Below, one piece after another: positions 25,422-34,918 of a stretch of 64,000 nucleotides of DNA. This DNA comes from Spirochaetia bacterium. Lineage in GTDB: Bacteria; Spirochaetota; Spirochaetia; SZUA-6; Bin103. Location: the NCBI GenBank assembly GCA_965203905.1, contig CBDBDQ010000005.1:2432001-2496000 (forward strand), read 5' to 3'. Each line of letters begins with the position of its first letter. The stretch's first letter is position 1. The position numbers and the translations under genes are program-made. Below the pieces are notes generated by a model that did not search any database, was not told the DNA's origin, and saw only the letters and a program-made list of their open reading frames with translations.

Positions 25422-26040
25422 ATGCCGGCGCGACACCTGGAGTTTCTGATCGAAGAGCCCTCGATGGAGACTTTTTCTCAGTGCGCTGTTGCCGATCATT
25501 CTGCCGGGAGAGTGTACTTTCGCGTGCCACGTTTTTCCGTACAAGGCCAAACCGGCCGCAAAGCTGCGGGACCGACTGCGAGCGTACGCGCGCTGGTTGC
25601 CCCATGACTGGAGGCTCGTGCTTCTCGTCGATCGTGACCAAGCGGACTGTCACTGCCTGAAGCAGCAACTTGAAGACGTGGTTCGTGATGCCAACCTTCA
25701 GCTCCCATCGCCTGCTGGCGGCGTAGCTTGGCAGGTGGTAATCCGTATTGCCATTGAAGAATTGGAGGCATGGTACTTCGGGAGTTGGGACGCGGTGCGT
25801 GCGGCATACCCGAGAGTCCCCGCCACCGTGCCGCAGCGAGCACAATACCGCGACCCCGATGCGGTCTCCGGTGGCACGTGGGAAGCGTTCGAACGCATTC
25901 TTCAGCGCGTGGGTTACTTCTCTACGGGAATACGGAAGATAGAAGCGGCCCGAGCAATCGCTCCGCACCTGGATCCGCGGAAGAGCCGTTCCCGGAGCTT
26001 CGCGCGATTCCACGATGCCGTGTTGCAGGCTACGAACTGA
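25422..26040 (+). pseudogene. DUF4276-like (TOPRIM-related) protein with +1 frameshift in a T5 tract at 25472-25476
   Basis: HLEFLIEEPSMETF then, after removing one T, LSALLPIILP..VLLVDRD..C..LK..IAIEELEAWYFG..SRSF. Confidence 0.75.
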
Positions 26041-26044
26041 TCAG

Positions 26045-26542
26045 CTAACAACGGACGGCGCCCGGCACCGCGGCGAGGCCGAGCCGCAGGGCTATCAGGT
26101 CTCCTACATTCTCCAGGAACAGCTCGTCCTCGGGCTGGAATGGCGCGGGCCGGTCGGAGTCGACCGCCAAAAGACCGATCAGGCTGCCGGCGGAGCGCAG
26201 TGGCACGGCGACCTGGGACGCCACCCAGCGGCGGGAGCCGCCCTCGGCCCCGGCGAGGTTCTGTGCGACGGCGGTCTCGCCGGCGTCGGCGGCTCGGCCC
26301 CACAGCCCCTCGCCGTAGGTCACCGCGGACGGGTAGGGACGGCGGCCCGCGGCCGCCACCAGCGTCAACTCGCCGGGACGGTCGTGCAGCGCGGCGTAGA
26401 GGCATATCGTCGCGTAGTGGGCAACGTGGTCGCAGAGGTGCCGGCAGAGCTGCTGCAGGCGCTGCGGCAGCGGCGACGGCTGCTCCAGGATCTCCTCCAC
26501 CGTGGCGTACTGCGCGCCGAGCTCCGCGGCGCGACCCGTCAT
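26045..26542 (-). CDS. Stand-alone GAF domain protein
   Basis: [27 protein letters not shown]; ATG overlaps the upstream stop. Confidence 0.8.
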   Translation of the reverse strand: MTGRAAELGAQYATVEEILEQPSPLPQRLQQLCRHLCDHVAHYATICLYAALHDRPGELTLVAAAGRRPYPSAVTYGEGLWGRAADAGETAVAQNLAGAEGGSRRWVASQVAVPLRSAGSLIGLLAVDSDRPAPFQPEDELFLENVGDLIALRLGLAAVPGAVRC

Positions 26543-27981
26543 TCCCCCGCCGCCTTGAGCCGCTTCAGCTGCGCGGCCTCGGCGCGTGCCTTGTAGAACG
26601 GGTCGAGCGGGAAGCAGCCCGAGATCAGGCCGTTGCGGGGCGCCGTGGTGCAGTCGCTGAAGGTGCGGCAGATGCGCTTGCGTTCCAGGGCCCGGCCGGC
26701 CAGCAGGTCCGCCGGCAGGTGCGGATAGGAGAGCGCCATGCGGCCGATGCCCACGAAATCGACGCCGCCGCGGGCGACGCCGGCGCTGGCGACGTGGGGC
26801 AGCCACTCCTGGAGGTAGCTGTAGCCGCTGCCCACCACGATCATCTCCGGGAAGTGCTGCTTGATCTGGCGCACCACCTCGATCTGCCGCGCCACGCCGA
26901 CCAGCGGATCTTCCGGCGGCTGGTAGCCGTCGGAGGGTGGGAACAGCGCCGGGCGCTGGATGTGGGGGTTGTAGTAGGGGCTGCCGGCCGTCACGTTGAG
27001 CAGGAAGATGCCCAGCTCCTGCAGCAGGGCGACGAAGCGCAGCGGCTCGGTGAGGTCATACGCCGTCGGGTCGTGGCCGGCGGCGCCGAAGCCATGCCGA
27101 TAGCGGGAAGCGACCGGTGACGGAATGCCGACCCTGGTTTCGGCCTGTGGCTCGAAGGGGATCAGGTCGAAGGCGCTGAGCCGGACCCCGATCAGCAGCT
27201 CGGGGACCCGCCGCCGGAGCCCGGCAACCACCTCGCGCAGAAAGCGGGTACGATTCTCGAAGCTGCCGCCATAGCGGCCGGGACGATCCACGGCGCTGAG
27301 AAACTCGTGCCCCAGGTAGCCGTGGCAGTGCTTCACGTCCAGGAACGCGAAGCCCGCCTGCCACGCCAGCACCCCGGCCGCGATGAAGCGTTCGATGAGC
27401 GCCTCCACCTCGTCGTCGGAGGCGGGCCGGTGCTCGGCGCCGATGCCGAATTTGCGATCCAGCAGGGCGTGCGGGTACAGCGTCACGGGCTCGGTGACCT
27501 GCTTGGAGTTGGGACGGCAGAAGCGGCCGGAATGGGTAAGCTGCAGCCCCACCAGCAGGTCAGCGGCATGCCCGTACCGTTCCTCGTGCGCTGCCACCAG
27601 CTCCGCGCGCAGCGCCGCCAGCGCCGCGGCGGTATCCTCCTCCAGGCGCAGCTGGTTGGGATTGGCGCGTCCGGCATGCTGAATCGCCGTCGCCTCGCCG
27701 CCCCAGATCAGCTTGGCGCCACTGGTTCCGAAGGCACGCCAGCGACGCCGCACCAGCTCGGTCGGGGTGCCGTCCGCCGCCGCGTCCCATCCTTCCATCG
27801 GCTGAATGCAGAAGCGGTTGCCGACCGTGCGTCCATCGGGCAGGCGCAACGGTGCGGCGAGGGGCGCCATGGCGGGACCCTCGTCGAAGACAATCTGATC
27901 CGCTATGCCGAGCGTATGGAGGTAGTCGCGAAAGGCGGCCGGCGTCTTGAGAGCGGCTACGCGCCGGTAGGCGGGGGCCAC
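26539..27981 (-). CDS. NADH:flavin oxidoreductase (Old Yellow Enzyme family)
   Basis: [50 protein letters not shown]. Confidence 0.9.
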   Translation of the reverse strand: MAPAYRRVAALKTPAAFRDYLHTLGIADQIVFDEGPAMAPLAAPLRLPDGRTVGNRFCIQPMEGWDAAADGTPTELVRRRWRAFGTSGAKLIWGGEATAIQHAGRANPNQLRLEEDTAAALAALRAELVAAHEERYGHAADLLVGLQLTHSGRFCRPNSKQVTEPVTLYPHALLDRKFGIGAEHRPASDDEVEALIERFIAAGVLAWQAGFAFLDVKHCHGYLGHEFLSAVDRPGRYGGSFENRTRFLREVVAGLRRRVPELLIGVRLSAFDLIPFEPQAETRVGIPSPVASRYRHGFGAAGHDPTAYDLTEPLRFVALLQELGIFLLNVTAGSPYYNPHIQRPALFPPSDGYQPPEDPLVGVARQIEVVRQIKQHFPEMIVVGSGYSYLQEWLPHVASAGVARGGVDFVGIGRMALSYPHLPADLLAGRALERKRICRTFSDCTTAPRNGLISGCFPLDPFYKARAEAAQLKRLKAAGE

Positions 27982-27985
27982 CCCG

Positions 27986-28966
27986 CTACCAGCGCACCAG
28001 GTTTCCGCCGAACGTGAGGCCGGCGCCGAAACCGGCGGTCACGATCAGGTCGCCGCGCTCCAGCAGGCCCTGCTCCACCAGGTCGTTCAGCGCTATCGGA
28101 ATGGTGGCGGCGGAGGTGTTGGCATACTCGGCGATGTTCACGTAGAGCTTCTCGCGGGGTATGCGGCCGCGCTTGGCGGCGGCCTCGATGATGCGTTCGT
28201 TGGCCTGGTGCGGCACGATGAACTTGACGTCGTCGATGGTGAGGTGATTGCGCTCCAGGATGGTGGTGACGGTGTCGACGATTACCTGGACCGCGAAGTT
28301 GTAGACCAGGCGTCCCTCCATCTTGATGAGCAGCTCCCGGTAGCTGGTCTTGCCGGGCTCGTAGGGGGTACGCGTGCCTCCCGCCTCTCGGGCCAGGGCC
28401 ATCGCCCCCGAACCGTCGGAGCGCAGGAACGAATCGAGGATCCCATGCCCGTTGTTGGAGTGGGACACCACGGCGGCCCCGGCGCCGTCACCGAACAGCA
28501 CGCAGGTGTTGCGGTCCTTCCAGTCCATGATGCGCGTCAGCACCTCACTGCCCACCACCAGGACGTGCTGCACCGTTCCGGAGGCGATCAACCCCTTGGC
28601 CGTCTCCAGGCCATACACGAAGCCGGTACAGCCGACCAGCAGGTCCATGGCCGCGCAGTTGCTGGCGCCCAGCTTGTCCTGGATGATGCAGGCGGTCGAC
28701 GGGAAGCCGACGTGGTCGCCGGAAGCGGTCGCAACCAGCACCATCCCCAGGTCGTCGGGCTCGATCCGGGCCCGCTCCAGGGCCTGCATCGCGGCGCGGT
28801 ATCCGAGGTCGGATGGTGCCTCGTCGGGGTCGGCTATGTGGCGAAACTTGATCCCGGTGTGTGATTGGATCCACTCGTCGGAGGTGTCGAGGAACGCCTC
28901 GAATTCGTGATTAGACATCCGCCGCTCGGGCACGTAGGCGCCCGTCGACCGAATCTCTGCTCCCAT
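27986..28966 (-). CDS. fabH: 3-oxoacyl-ACP synthase III
   Basis: DTSDEWI, GCTGF (catalytic Cys), [28 protein letters not shown]. Confidence 0.96.
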   Translation of the reverse strand: MGAEIRSTGAYVPERRMSNHEFEAFLDTSDEWIQSHTGIKFRHIADPDEAPSDLGYRAAMQALERARIEPDDLGMVLVATASGDHVGFPSTACIIQDKLGASNCAAMDLLVGCTGFVYGLETAKGLIASGTVQHVLVVGSEVLTRIMDWKDRNTCVLFGDGAGAAVVSHSNNGHGILDSFLRSDGSGAMALAREAGGTRTPYEPGKTSYRELLIKMEGRLVYNFAVQVIVDTVTTILERNHLTIDDVKFIVPHQANERIIEAAAKRGRIPREKLYVNIAEYANTSAATIPIALNDLVEQGLLERGDLIVTAGFGAGLTFGGNLVRW

Positions 28967-29034
28967 CAGCTCCCCCTGGGAACGTTAATGCTGGAGTATC
29001 TCAAACCGGTATAACACGTCGGTCAGTTCCCCGT

Positions 29035-29063
29035 AGTGTACGTCCGGAGGACGCGTCGGTCAA
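29035..29063 (-). promoter_or_regulatory. Sigma70-type promoter of fabH
   Basis: TTGACC-N17-TACACT on the minus strand. Confidence 0.65.
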
Positions 29064-29069
29064 CCTTGC

Positions 29070-29102
29070 CCTGGCCGCAACCTGGCCGCAACCTGGCCGC
29101 AA
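29070..29102. repeat. 11-bp tandem repeat, CCTGGCCGCAA x3
   Basis: Three perfect copies plus a partial fourth, intergenic. Confidence 0.9.
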
Positions 29103-29128
29103 CCGGCCACGGCCGGCGGCTCCGTTTG

Positions 29129-30328
29129 CTACTGCCACCCCGGCCCCGGTGGCGGTCCGGCAAGCAGGGTCGTGCCCTGGTAAAACACCGCCGGACAGCC
29201 GGCGGCACGGATCCCCCGCTCGAGGCGGTGGGTCACCTGCGGCGGCCAGTCGCTGCCGCGCAGCACGGGCATCACCCGCTGCGGCGGACACGCGCTCAGC
29301 ACCTCGTCGAGCAGGGCGCCGACCACCTGCTCGATGGTCGCGGCGGCGCCCTCGCCCTTCATCTCCGTTTCGCTGCACGGCAGCCGGCGCGGGTCGAGGC
29401 CGAACAGCCGCCACACACCGGCCAGGGCATCCGCCTCGCTCAGTCGGCCGCTGCAGCGGCGCACCAGACGCGCCCAGGCCGCGCCGCACTGGAACACGTG
29501 CCAGTTCATGTATCCGAGCAACGGTTGCACGAAGTCCGCCTGGCGCGCGAGGGCGCCGTAGTGCTGCCCGCTCAAGGCGGCGGCGTGCGGGCCAATCGCG
29601 TTGCTCCCGGCGATCAGGCGATCGCCTCCGGCCCGGCGTGCGGCGGCGAGGAGCTGCGTCGCCGCCGCCTGCAGACGCGTCGCGCGCTGCGCAAACCAGG
29701 ATCCGAACGGCGCCGCGGCGCCGCCCGCGGCTGCGCGGCGCCGGGCAAGATGATCCAGCGCCCCGATCAGGTCGTGGCGGGCGCTCAGCTCCGCGAACTG
29801 CGCCGGAGTGATGCCGTCGAGTCCGGCAACGACCCGTTCCCAGTCCGTTGCAGGCGGCGGCGCCGGCCAACCGGGGGCACTCTCGAACAGGGCACCGATA
29901 GCGGCCGGATGGCGAAACCGGGCGTGGGTCAGGCAGATTGCGTGCGGGCGCCAGCGCCTGCCGAGTTGTTCCAGGTTGGCACCGATGGCCGCGTCGGCAC
30001 GGCCCCCGGGGACCCACATCGGCCACTGCTGCTCGTGCGCCGGATAGTCTCCCAGCAGGTCTCGGCGCGCCAGTGACTGCCACTCCCCGGACAAGGCCAT
30101 GGTTTCGCCGCCGGTGATCCCATGCCCCCACCAGGTGCCGGCCAGCAGCCACACCACGACGCCGAGCCGGTCGGCCACGGCGACCGCCCGCTCCAGGTCC
30201 GCCGCCGAGCGCTCCGGATTGAACCCGGTGCGCAGCAGGAATATCGAGACCCCGGCCGCGGCCAACTCGGCGGCGTACGTGGGGTCGCTGGCCACCGCAG
30301 ACGGTTCTACGTACACCCCACGCGTCAT
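29129..30328 (-). CDS. Hypothetical protein, possibly glycoside-hydrolase-like TIM barrel
   Basis: 399-aa ORF with alternating strand/helix pattern; AICLTHARFRHP and ADFVQPLLGY resemble GHL-type barrel strands. Confidence 0.55.
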   Translation of the reverse strand: MTRGVYVEPSAVASDPTYAAELAAAGVSIFLLRTGFNPERSAADLERAVAVADRLGVVVWLLAGTWWGHGITGGETMALSGEWQSLARRDLLGDYPAHEQQWPMWVPGGRADAAIGANLEQLGRRWRPHAICLTHARFRHPAAIGALFESAPGWPAPPPATDWERVVAGLDGITPAQFAELSARHDLIGALDHLARRRAAAGGAAAPFGSWFAQRATRLQAAATQLLAAARRAGGDRLIAGSNAIGPHAAALSGQHYGALARQADFVQPLLGYMNWHVFQCGAAWARLVRRCSGRLSEADALAGVWRLFGLDPRRLPCSETEMKGEGAAATIEQVVGALLDEVLSACPPQRVMPVLRGSDWPPQVTHRLERGIRAAGCPAVFYQGTTLLAGPPPGPGWQ

Positions 30329-30366
30329 GGCCGTGCCTCGCTCCCCATCTTAACCGCCTGCCGTGG

Positions 30367-30395
30367 TTGACGCCACGGGGCCGTCGTGGTACGTT
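30367..30395 (+). promoter_or_regulatory. Sigma70-type promoter of fabD-fabG-fabF
   Basis: TTGACG-N17-TACGTT with extended -10 TGn. Confidence 0.65.
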
Positions 30396-30484
30396 CCGCG
30401 CCAGCTTCCGGGCAGGTTCGATTGCACGGATCGGACCCGCGTCGGCGCTGTTCCATCCAGGCAGCGCTGGGAGCCGCCTACCGT

Positions 30485-31420
30485 ATGAAGACCTGTTTTT
30501 TGTTCCCTGGACAAGGAGCCCAGTATCCCGGCATGGGCAAGGACCTGTGGGACGCCAGCGCCAGCGTCAAGGAGTTGTTCCGCGGCGCCTCAAAGGTCAC
30601 CGGACTCGATCTCGAGGAGCTCCTGTTCCGTGGCAGCGCGGAGGATCTGCAGGCCACCAATCGCACCCAGATCGCGGTTACCCTGGTGAATGTCGCCGTG
30701 GCGCGGGTGCTGGCCGAGCGCGGCGTCGCGGCACACGGCTACGCCGGGTTCAGCGTCGGCGAGTACGCCGCCCTGGCGGCCGCCGGAGTGATCGCCGACG
30801 AGGACCTGTTTCGTATCGTGCAGGCACGTGGCGAGTTGATGGAGCAGGCCAGCCGCGGCGCCGACACCGCCGGCGGGGCGGCCGGCATGGCCGCCGTGAT
30901 CGGACTGGCACCGGAGGCGCTTACCGCGGCCCTGGAGGGCGCCGGTGAGGGCGTCTACGCGGCCAACTTCTCCAGCCCGCGCCAGGTGGTGCTGGCCGGC
31001 ACCGTGGAGGGCCTGGCGCGTGCCGAGGAGGCATGCTCGGCGGCGGGTGCGCGCCGCTTCGTGCGGCTGCGGGTCTCCGGACCGTTTCATTCGCCGCTGA
31101 TCGAGGGCGCGCGGCAGCGGTTCGCCGAGGTGGTGGCCGATTTCGAGTTCTACGATCCGGTCACCCCGGTGTACGCCAACGTGACCGGAACCAGGGTGAC
31201 CAGCGGTGCGGAGGCGCAACGGCTGTGTGTCGAACAGATCGTTTCCAGCGTGCAGTGGGTGACGGAGATCCAGGCGCTGGAGGACGCCGGCTACGAGCGG
31301 TTCCTGGAGACCGGTCCCGGCTCCGTGCTGACCGGGCTGATGCGCGGCTTCGACACCGATGTCGGCTGTACCCCGGTAGGGACGGTCGAGCAGGTCGAGT
31401 CGGTGGCGGGTGCGGGGTGA
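30485..31420 (+). CDS. fabD: Malonyl-CoA:ACP transacylase
   Basis: FLFPGQGAQYPGMG, AGFSVGEY (GxSxG), VSGPFHS, ETGPG. Confidence 0.95.
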   Translation: MKTCFLFPGQGAQYPGMGKDLWDASASVKELFRGASKVTGLDLEELLFRGSAEDLQATNRTQIAVTLVNVAVARVLAERGVAAHGYAGFSVGEYAALAAAGVIADEDLFRIVQARGELMEQASRGADTAGGAAGMAAVIGLAPEALTAALEGAGEGVYAANFSSPRQVVLAGTVEGLARAEEACSAAGARRFVRLRVSGPFHSPLIEGARQRFAEVVADFEFYDPVTPVYANVTGTRVTSGAEAQRLCVEQIVSSVQWVTEIQALEDAGYERFLETGPGSVLTGLMRGFDTDVGCTPVGTVEQVESVAGAG

Positions 31421-31424
31421 GTTG

Positions 31425-32174
31425 ATGGGGGGAGAGTTGCACGGCAAGGTTGCCATCGTCACCGGCGGCTCCCGCGGCATCGGCGCCGCGGTGGTGGCAA
31501 CGTTGCTGCGCGAGGGAGCCGTCGTGCACTACCTGTCGCGGTCGGCGGCCGCCGATCACGCCGGGTTGGAGCAACGGGCCGCGGCCAAGGACACCGCGGT
31601 GCACTGGCGGCAGACCGACGTGACCGACGAGGCGGCCATCGTGGCCGCCGTGAACGGCGTTCTGGACGCCCATGGCGGGGTCGACGTGCTGGTCAACAAT
31701 GCCGGCATCACCCGCGATGGACTGGTCATGCGGATGAAGCGCGAGACCTGGGACGCCGTGCTGCAATCCAACCTGACCTCCACTTTCGTCGCTTCGCGTG
31801 AAGTGGCGCGGGCCATGCTGCGGGCGCGGTCCGGTGCGATCGTCAACGTCTCTTCGGTCAGCGGGCTGCGCGGCAACCCCGGGCAGACCAACTACGCCGC
31901 GTCCAAGGCCGGCATCATCGGCCTTTCGAAGAGCCTGGCGCGGGAGGTCGCGGGCCGCGGCGTGCGCGTCAACGTCGTGGCGCCGGGATACATCGACACC
32001 GACATGACCCGTTCCATGCCCGAGCAGGCGCGCAGCGCGGTGCTGGAGATGATCCCCCTGAAGCGCACCGGCACCGCGATGGATGTGGCGGAGCTGATCT
32101 GCTTCCTGTGCGGTGAGCGAGCTTCGTACATTACCGGGCAGGTCATTCAGGTCGACGGCGGCCTGGCGATCTGA
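31425..32174 (+). CDS. fabG: 3-oxoacyl-ACP reductase
   Basis: TGGSRGIG, NNAGITRD, GQTNYAASKAG, PGYIDTDMT. Confidence 0.95.
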   Translation: MGGELHGKVAIVTGGSRGIGAAVVATLLREGAVVHYLSRSAAADHAGLEQRAAAKDTAVHWRQTDVTDEAAIVAAVNGVLDAHGGVDVLVNNAGITRDGLVMRMKRETWDAVLQSNLTSTFVASREVARAMLRARSGAIVNVSSVSGLRGNPGQTNYAASKAGIIGLSKSLAREVAGRGVRVNVVAPGYIDTDMTRSMPEQARSAVLEMIPLKRTGTAMDVAELICFLCGERASYITGQVIQVDGGLAI

Positions 32175-32245
32175 GGAGACGGGGTACCGATGGTTGACGT
32201 GCGATGCCTCGAAGCGATGGCTGAGGGGCGCTGGAGGAGAAGCCT

Positions 32246-33493
32246 ATGAGCAGGCGAGTGGTCATCACCGGCCTCGGTACGGTGAATCCGCTGGGCAAGG
32301 ACACCGGCACATTCTGGCAACGGGTGCAGGCGGGGGAGTCCGGCATCGGCCCGGTGACCAGGTTCGATGCCAGTGATTTTTCCAGCCGGATAGCGGGCGA
32401 GATCCCCGACTTCAGCGACCGCCACGTGCTGGAGTCGCGCGAGTCGCGGCGCATGGACCTGTTCTCGCGGTTTGCCATCGTCGCCGCGATGGAGGCGCTG
32501 GGCGACGCCGGGATCGATCCGGACGGACTGGACCCGGACCGGATCGGGGTGTTGTTGGGGGTCGGCTTCGGCGGCATGGACACCCTGGAACTGGAGTTCA
32601 AGCACCTGTTCGCGCGCGGACCCAAGGGCGTGCATCCGCTCCTGGTGCCGAAGATGATCAGCAACATCGCCGCCGGACACATCGCCATTCGCATCCGCGC
32701 CTACGGTCCCTCCTACACCGTGGTGTCGGCGTGCGCGTCCGCCACCGACGCCATCGGCGAGTCGTATCGCTGGATCAAGGACGGCGCCACCGACATCATG
32801 CTCAGCGGCGGCACCGAGGCCCCGGTGTCGTCCCTGGCTCTGGCCGGATTCTGCGTGCTGCAGGCGGTGAGCACCAAGTTCAACGACGATCCGGCACGAG
32901 CCAGCCGGCCGTTCGACGGCGCTCGCGACGGCTTCGTGCTGGGCGAAGGCGCCGGGATTCTGGTATTGGAGGAGCTGGAGCACGCCCGCCGCCGCGGAGC
33001 GCCGATCTACGCGGAGCTGTCAGGATACGGCGCCACCTGCGACGCCAACCACCTGACGGCGCCCCATCCCAGGGGGCTGGGTGCCGTTACGGCCATGCGC
33101 ATGGCCCTGACCACCGGCGGCGTGCCGGCGGACGACGTCGATTACATCAACGCGCACGGCACCTCCACGCAGCTCAACGACGCCACCGAGACTGCGGCCA
33201 TCAAGCAGGTGTTCGGGGACCATGCCACCGAGCTCAAGGTGTCCTCCACCAAGTCGCAGGTGGGCCACCTGCTCGGCGCCGCCGGCGCGGTGGAGGCGGT
33301 TGCCACCGTACTCGCCATCCGCGACCAGTACTTTCCGCCCACCATCAACCACGAGCAGCCGGACCCCGCCTGCGACCTGGACTACGTCCCCAACGCGGGA
33401 CGTCCCGGAGCCATCAAGGCGGCGCTCTCCAACTCGTTCGGATTCGGCGGCCACAACGCCGTGCTGGCATTCCGCCGCTTCCAGGAGGACTGA
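32246..33493 (+). CDS. fabF: 3-oxoacyl-ACP synthase II
   Basis: RRVVITGLG, SACAS, SRPFD..RDGFV.GEG, NAHGTST, GHLLGAAG, SNSFGFGGHN. Confidence 0.96.
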   Translation: MSRRVVITGLGTVNPLGKDTGTFWQRVQAGESGIGPVTRFDASDFSSRIAGEIPDFSDRHVLESRESRRMDLFSRFAIVAAMEALGDAGIDPDGLDPDRIGVLLGVGFGGMDTLELEFKHLFARGPKGVHPLLVPKMISNIAAGHIAIRIRAYGPSYTVVSACASATDAIGESYRWIKDGATDIMLSGGTEAPVSSLALAGFCVLQAVSTKFNDDPARASRPFDGARDGFVLGEGAGILVLEELEHARRRGAPIYAELSGYGATCDANHLTAPHPRGLGAVTAMRMALTTGGVPADDVDYINAHGTSTQLNDATETAAIKQVFGDHATELKVSSTKSQVGHLLGAAGAVEAVATVLAIRDQYFPPTINHEQPDPACDLDYVPNAGRPGAIKAALSNSFGFGGHNAVLAFRRFQED

Positions 33494-33583
33494 CGGGGCA
33501 CGCCCGCACGCACCTGTCGTGACCCCCGAGCCGGCGGCGGCTGCCCGCCGACCGGCCGTGCCTGCTGTTCTACACCTGCGACC

Positions 33584-33979
33584 CTACCGATCCGCTTGCG
33601 CTGGCAGGCGTTCGCCGCATTCGTGGCACAGACCGTACAGGGTGATCTCGTGGCCCTCCGTGACGAAGCCGTTCGGGGCCAGTTGCTCGATTCCCGTGGG
33701 GCAGTCCTTCACCTCCCACAGCGCGTTGCAGCTCCGGCACAGGAAGTGGTGGTGGTGCGGCTTCCCGGCGCGTTCGTAGCGCGCCGGCTCACCGGGAACC
33801 TCCACCGGCCGCAGCCAGCCCGCCTCCACCAGGTCGCGGATGGCGCGGTACACGGTGGCGATGCCGATGCGCGGCAGCCGCGTGCGCGCCCCCTGGTACA
33901 GTTCCGCCGGGCTCAACGGCCGGTCAGCGGCCTCTACGACGGCGCGGATCGCACTGCGCTGCCGGGTAACTCGTTCCAT
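33584..33979 (-). CDS. Fur-family transcriptional regulator
   Basis: TRQR, ATVYR, HHHHFLCRSC, LYGLCHEC. Confidence 0.93.
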   Translation of the reverse strand: MERVTRQRSAIRAVVEAADRPLSPAELYQGARTRLPRIGIATVYRAIRDLVEAGWLRPVEVPGEPARYERAGKPHHHHFLCRSCNALWEVKDCPTGIEQLAPNGFVTEGHEITLYGLCHECGERLPAQADR

Positions 33980-34036
33980 GGGTCTGGCGCAAGGGTAGCA
34001 TGACAGGCCGCTGCGCGGGGGCAGCCGGTCCGGGGC

Positions 34037-34879
34037 CTACCCCTCGACCGACTCCTTGATCGCGGCCCGGTCGGCGGCAGCCCACTCGGCCCAGCGTGTT
34101 TCGTCGTCGGTCAGGAACCCCGAGTTGCAGCGTGGTTGCAGTTGCAGGTCCTCGCCGAGGAGCCGCATCTGGCGGTGATCGTTGCGCGCCCTGGCCCGCT
34201 CCAGCAGCTCCTGGGTACGTGGTCCGCGGTGCGTGTCCGTGTGCTTCAGCCAACTGAGGTTGTAGAAGATGCTGAAGAAGTAGCGGACGTTGCCGGAAGT
34301 GTTGGGGGTGCCGGAGTGGATCAGGTCGCCGTGGGTCACGCACAGGTCGCCGGCCGTCAGGCGCAGCACCGTCTCCTCCGGATGCGGAAGGTTGCGCCGC
34401 TCCTCCGGGATGGTGAGTCCGCGCCGATGCGACCCCTCGATCACGCGCAGCGGCCCGTACTCGTCGCTCAGGTCCTGCAGGTAGGCGATGGCGTTGATGG
34501 CGTTGGGACGCTGGTAGGCGGACCCGCGCGGCACCTGGCCCCAGCGGTCGCGGTGCCAACCCGACACCTTGCCGTCGGCCTCGGCCTCCGGCACCGAGCG
34601 GAAGCCGGCGAGGGTGAGATTGTCGAGTTGCACGAACGGACCCATCACCAGTTCCGCGAAGTCGAGCAGGGCGGGGTGCGAGACCGCCGGCCAGAACAGC
34701 CTGGGGGCGTACTCGAGGGTATTGCGCAACCACCACTCGCCGTACTCGGCATGCATTTCGTCGAGCTTGTCACGCCACGCGGCCATCTGCCGCTCGCCGT
34801 AGAACTGCGGAAACACGGTGTAGCCACGTTCCTTGTAGAGGGCGACGTGGTCCGCGTACTCCCCGTAGTCGACCGCCAT
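34037..34879 (-). CDS. Phytanoyl-CoA dioxygenase (PhyH) family protein
   Basis: WHRD, YLQD..GPLRVIEGSH, GD..HGDLIHSG..N.S...R. Confidence 0.88.
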   Translation of the reverse strand: MAVDYGEYADHVALYKERGYTVFPQFYGERQMAAWRDKLDEMHAEYGEWWLRNTLEYAPRLFWPAVSHPALLDFAELVMGPFVQLDNLTLAGFRSVPEAEADGKVSGWHRDRWGQVPRGSAYQRPNAINAIAYLQDLSDEYGPLRVIEGSHRRGLTIPEERRNLPHPEETVLRLTAGDLCVTHGDLIHSGTPNTSGNVRYFFSIFYNLSWLKHTDTHRGPRTQELLERARARNDHRQMRLLGEDLQLQPRCNSGFLTDDETRWAEWAAADRAAIKESVEG

Positions 34880-34918
34880 TGATCTGCTCCTTGATTCGAG
34901 CGCTGAGATGCCGACGCC

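Noticed and set aside
29070-29102. CRISPR array
   Set aside because: The 11-bp units are contiguous with no spacers, and there are no cas genes in the window.
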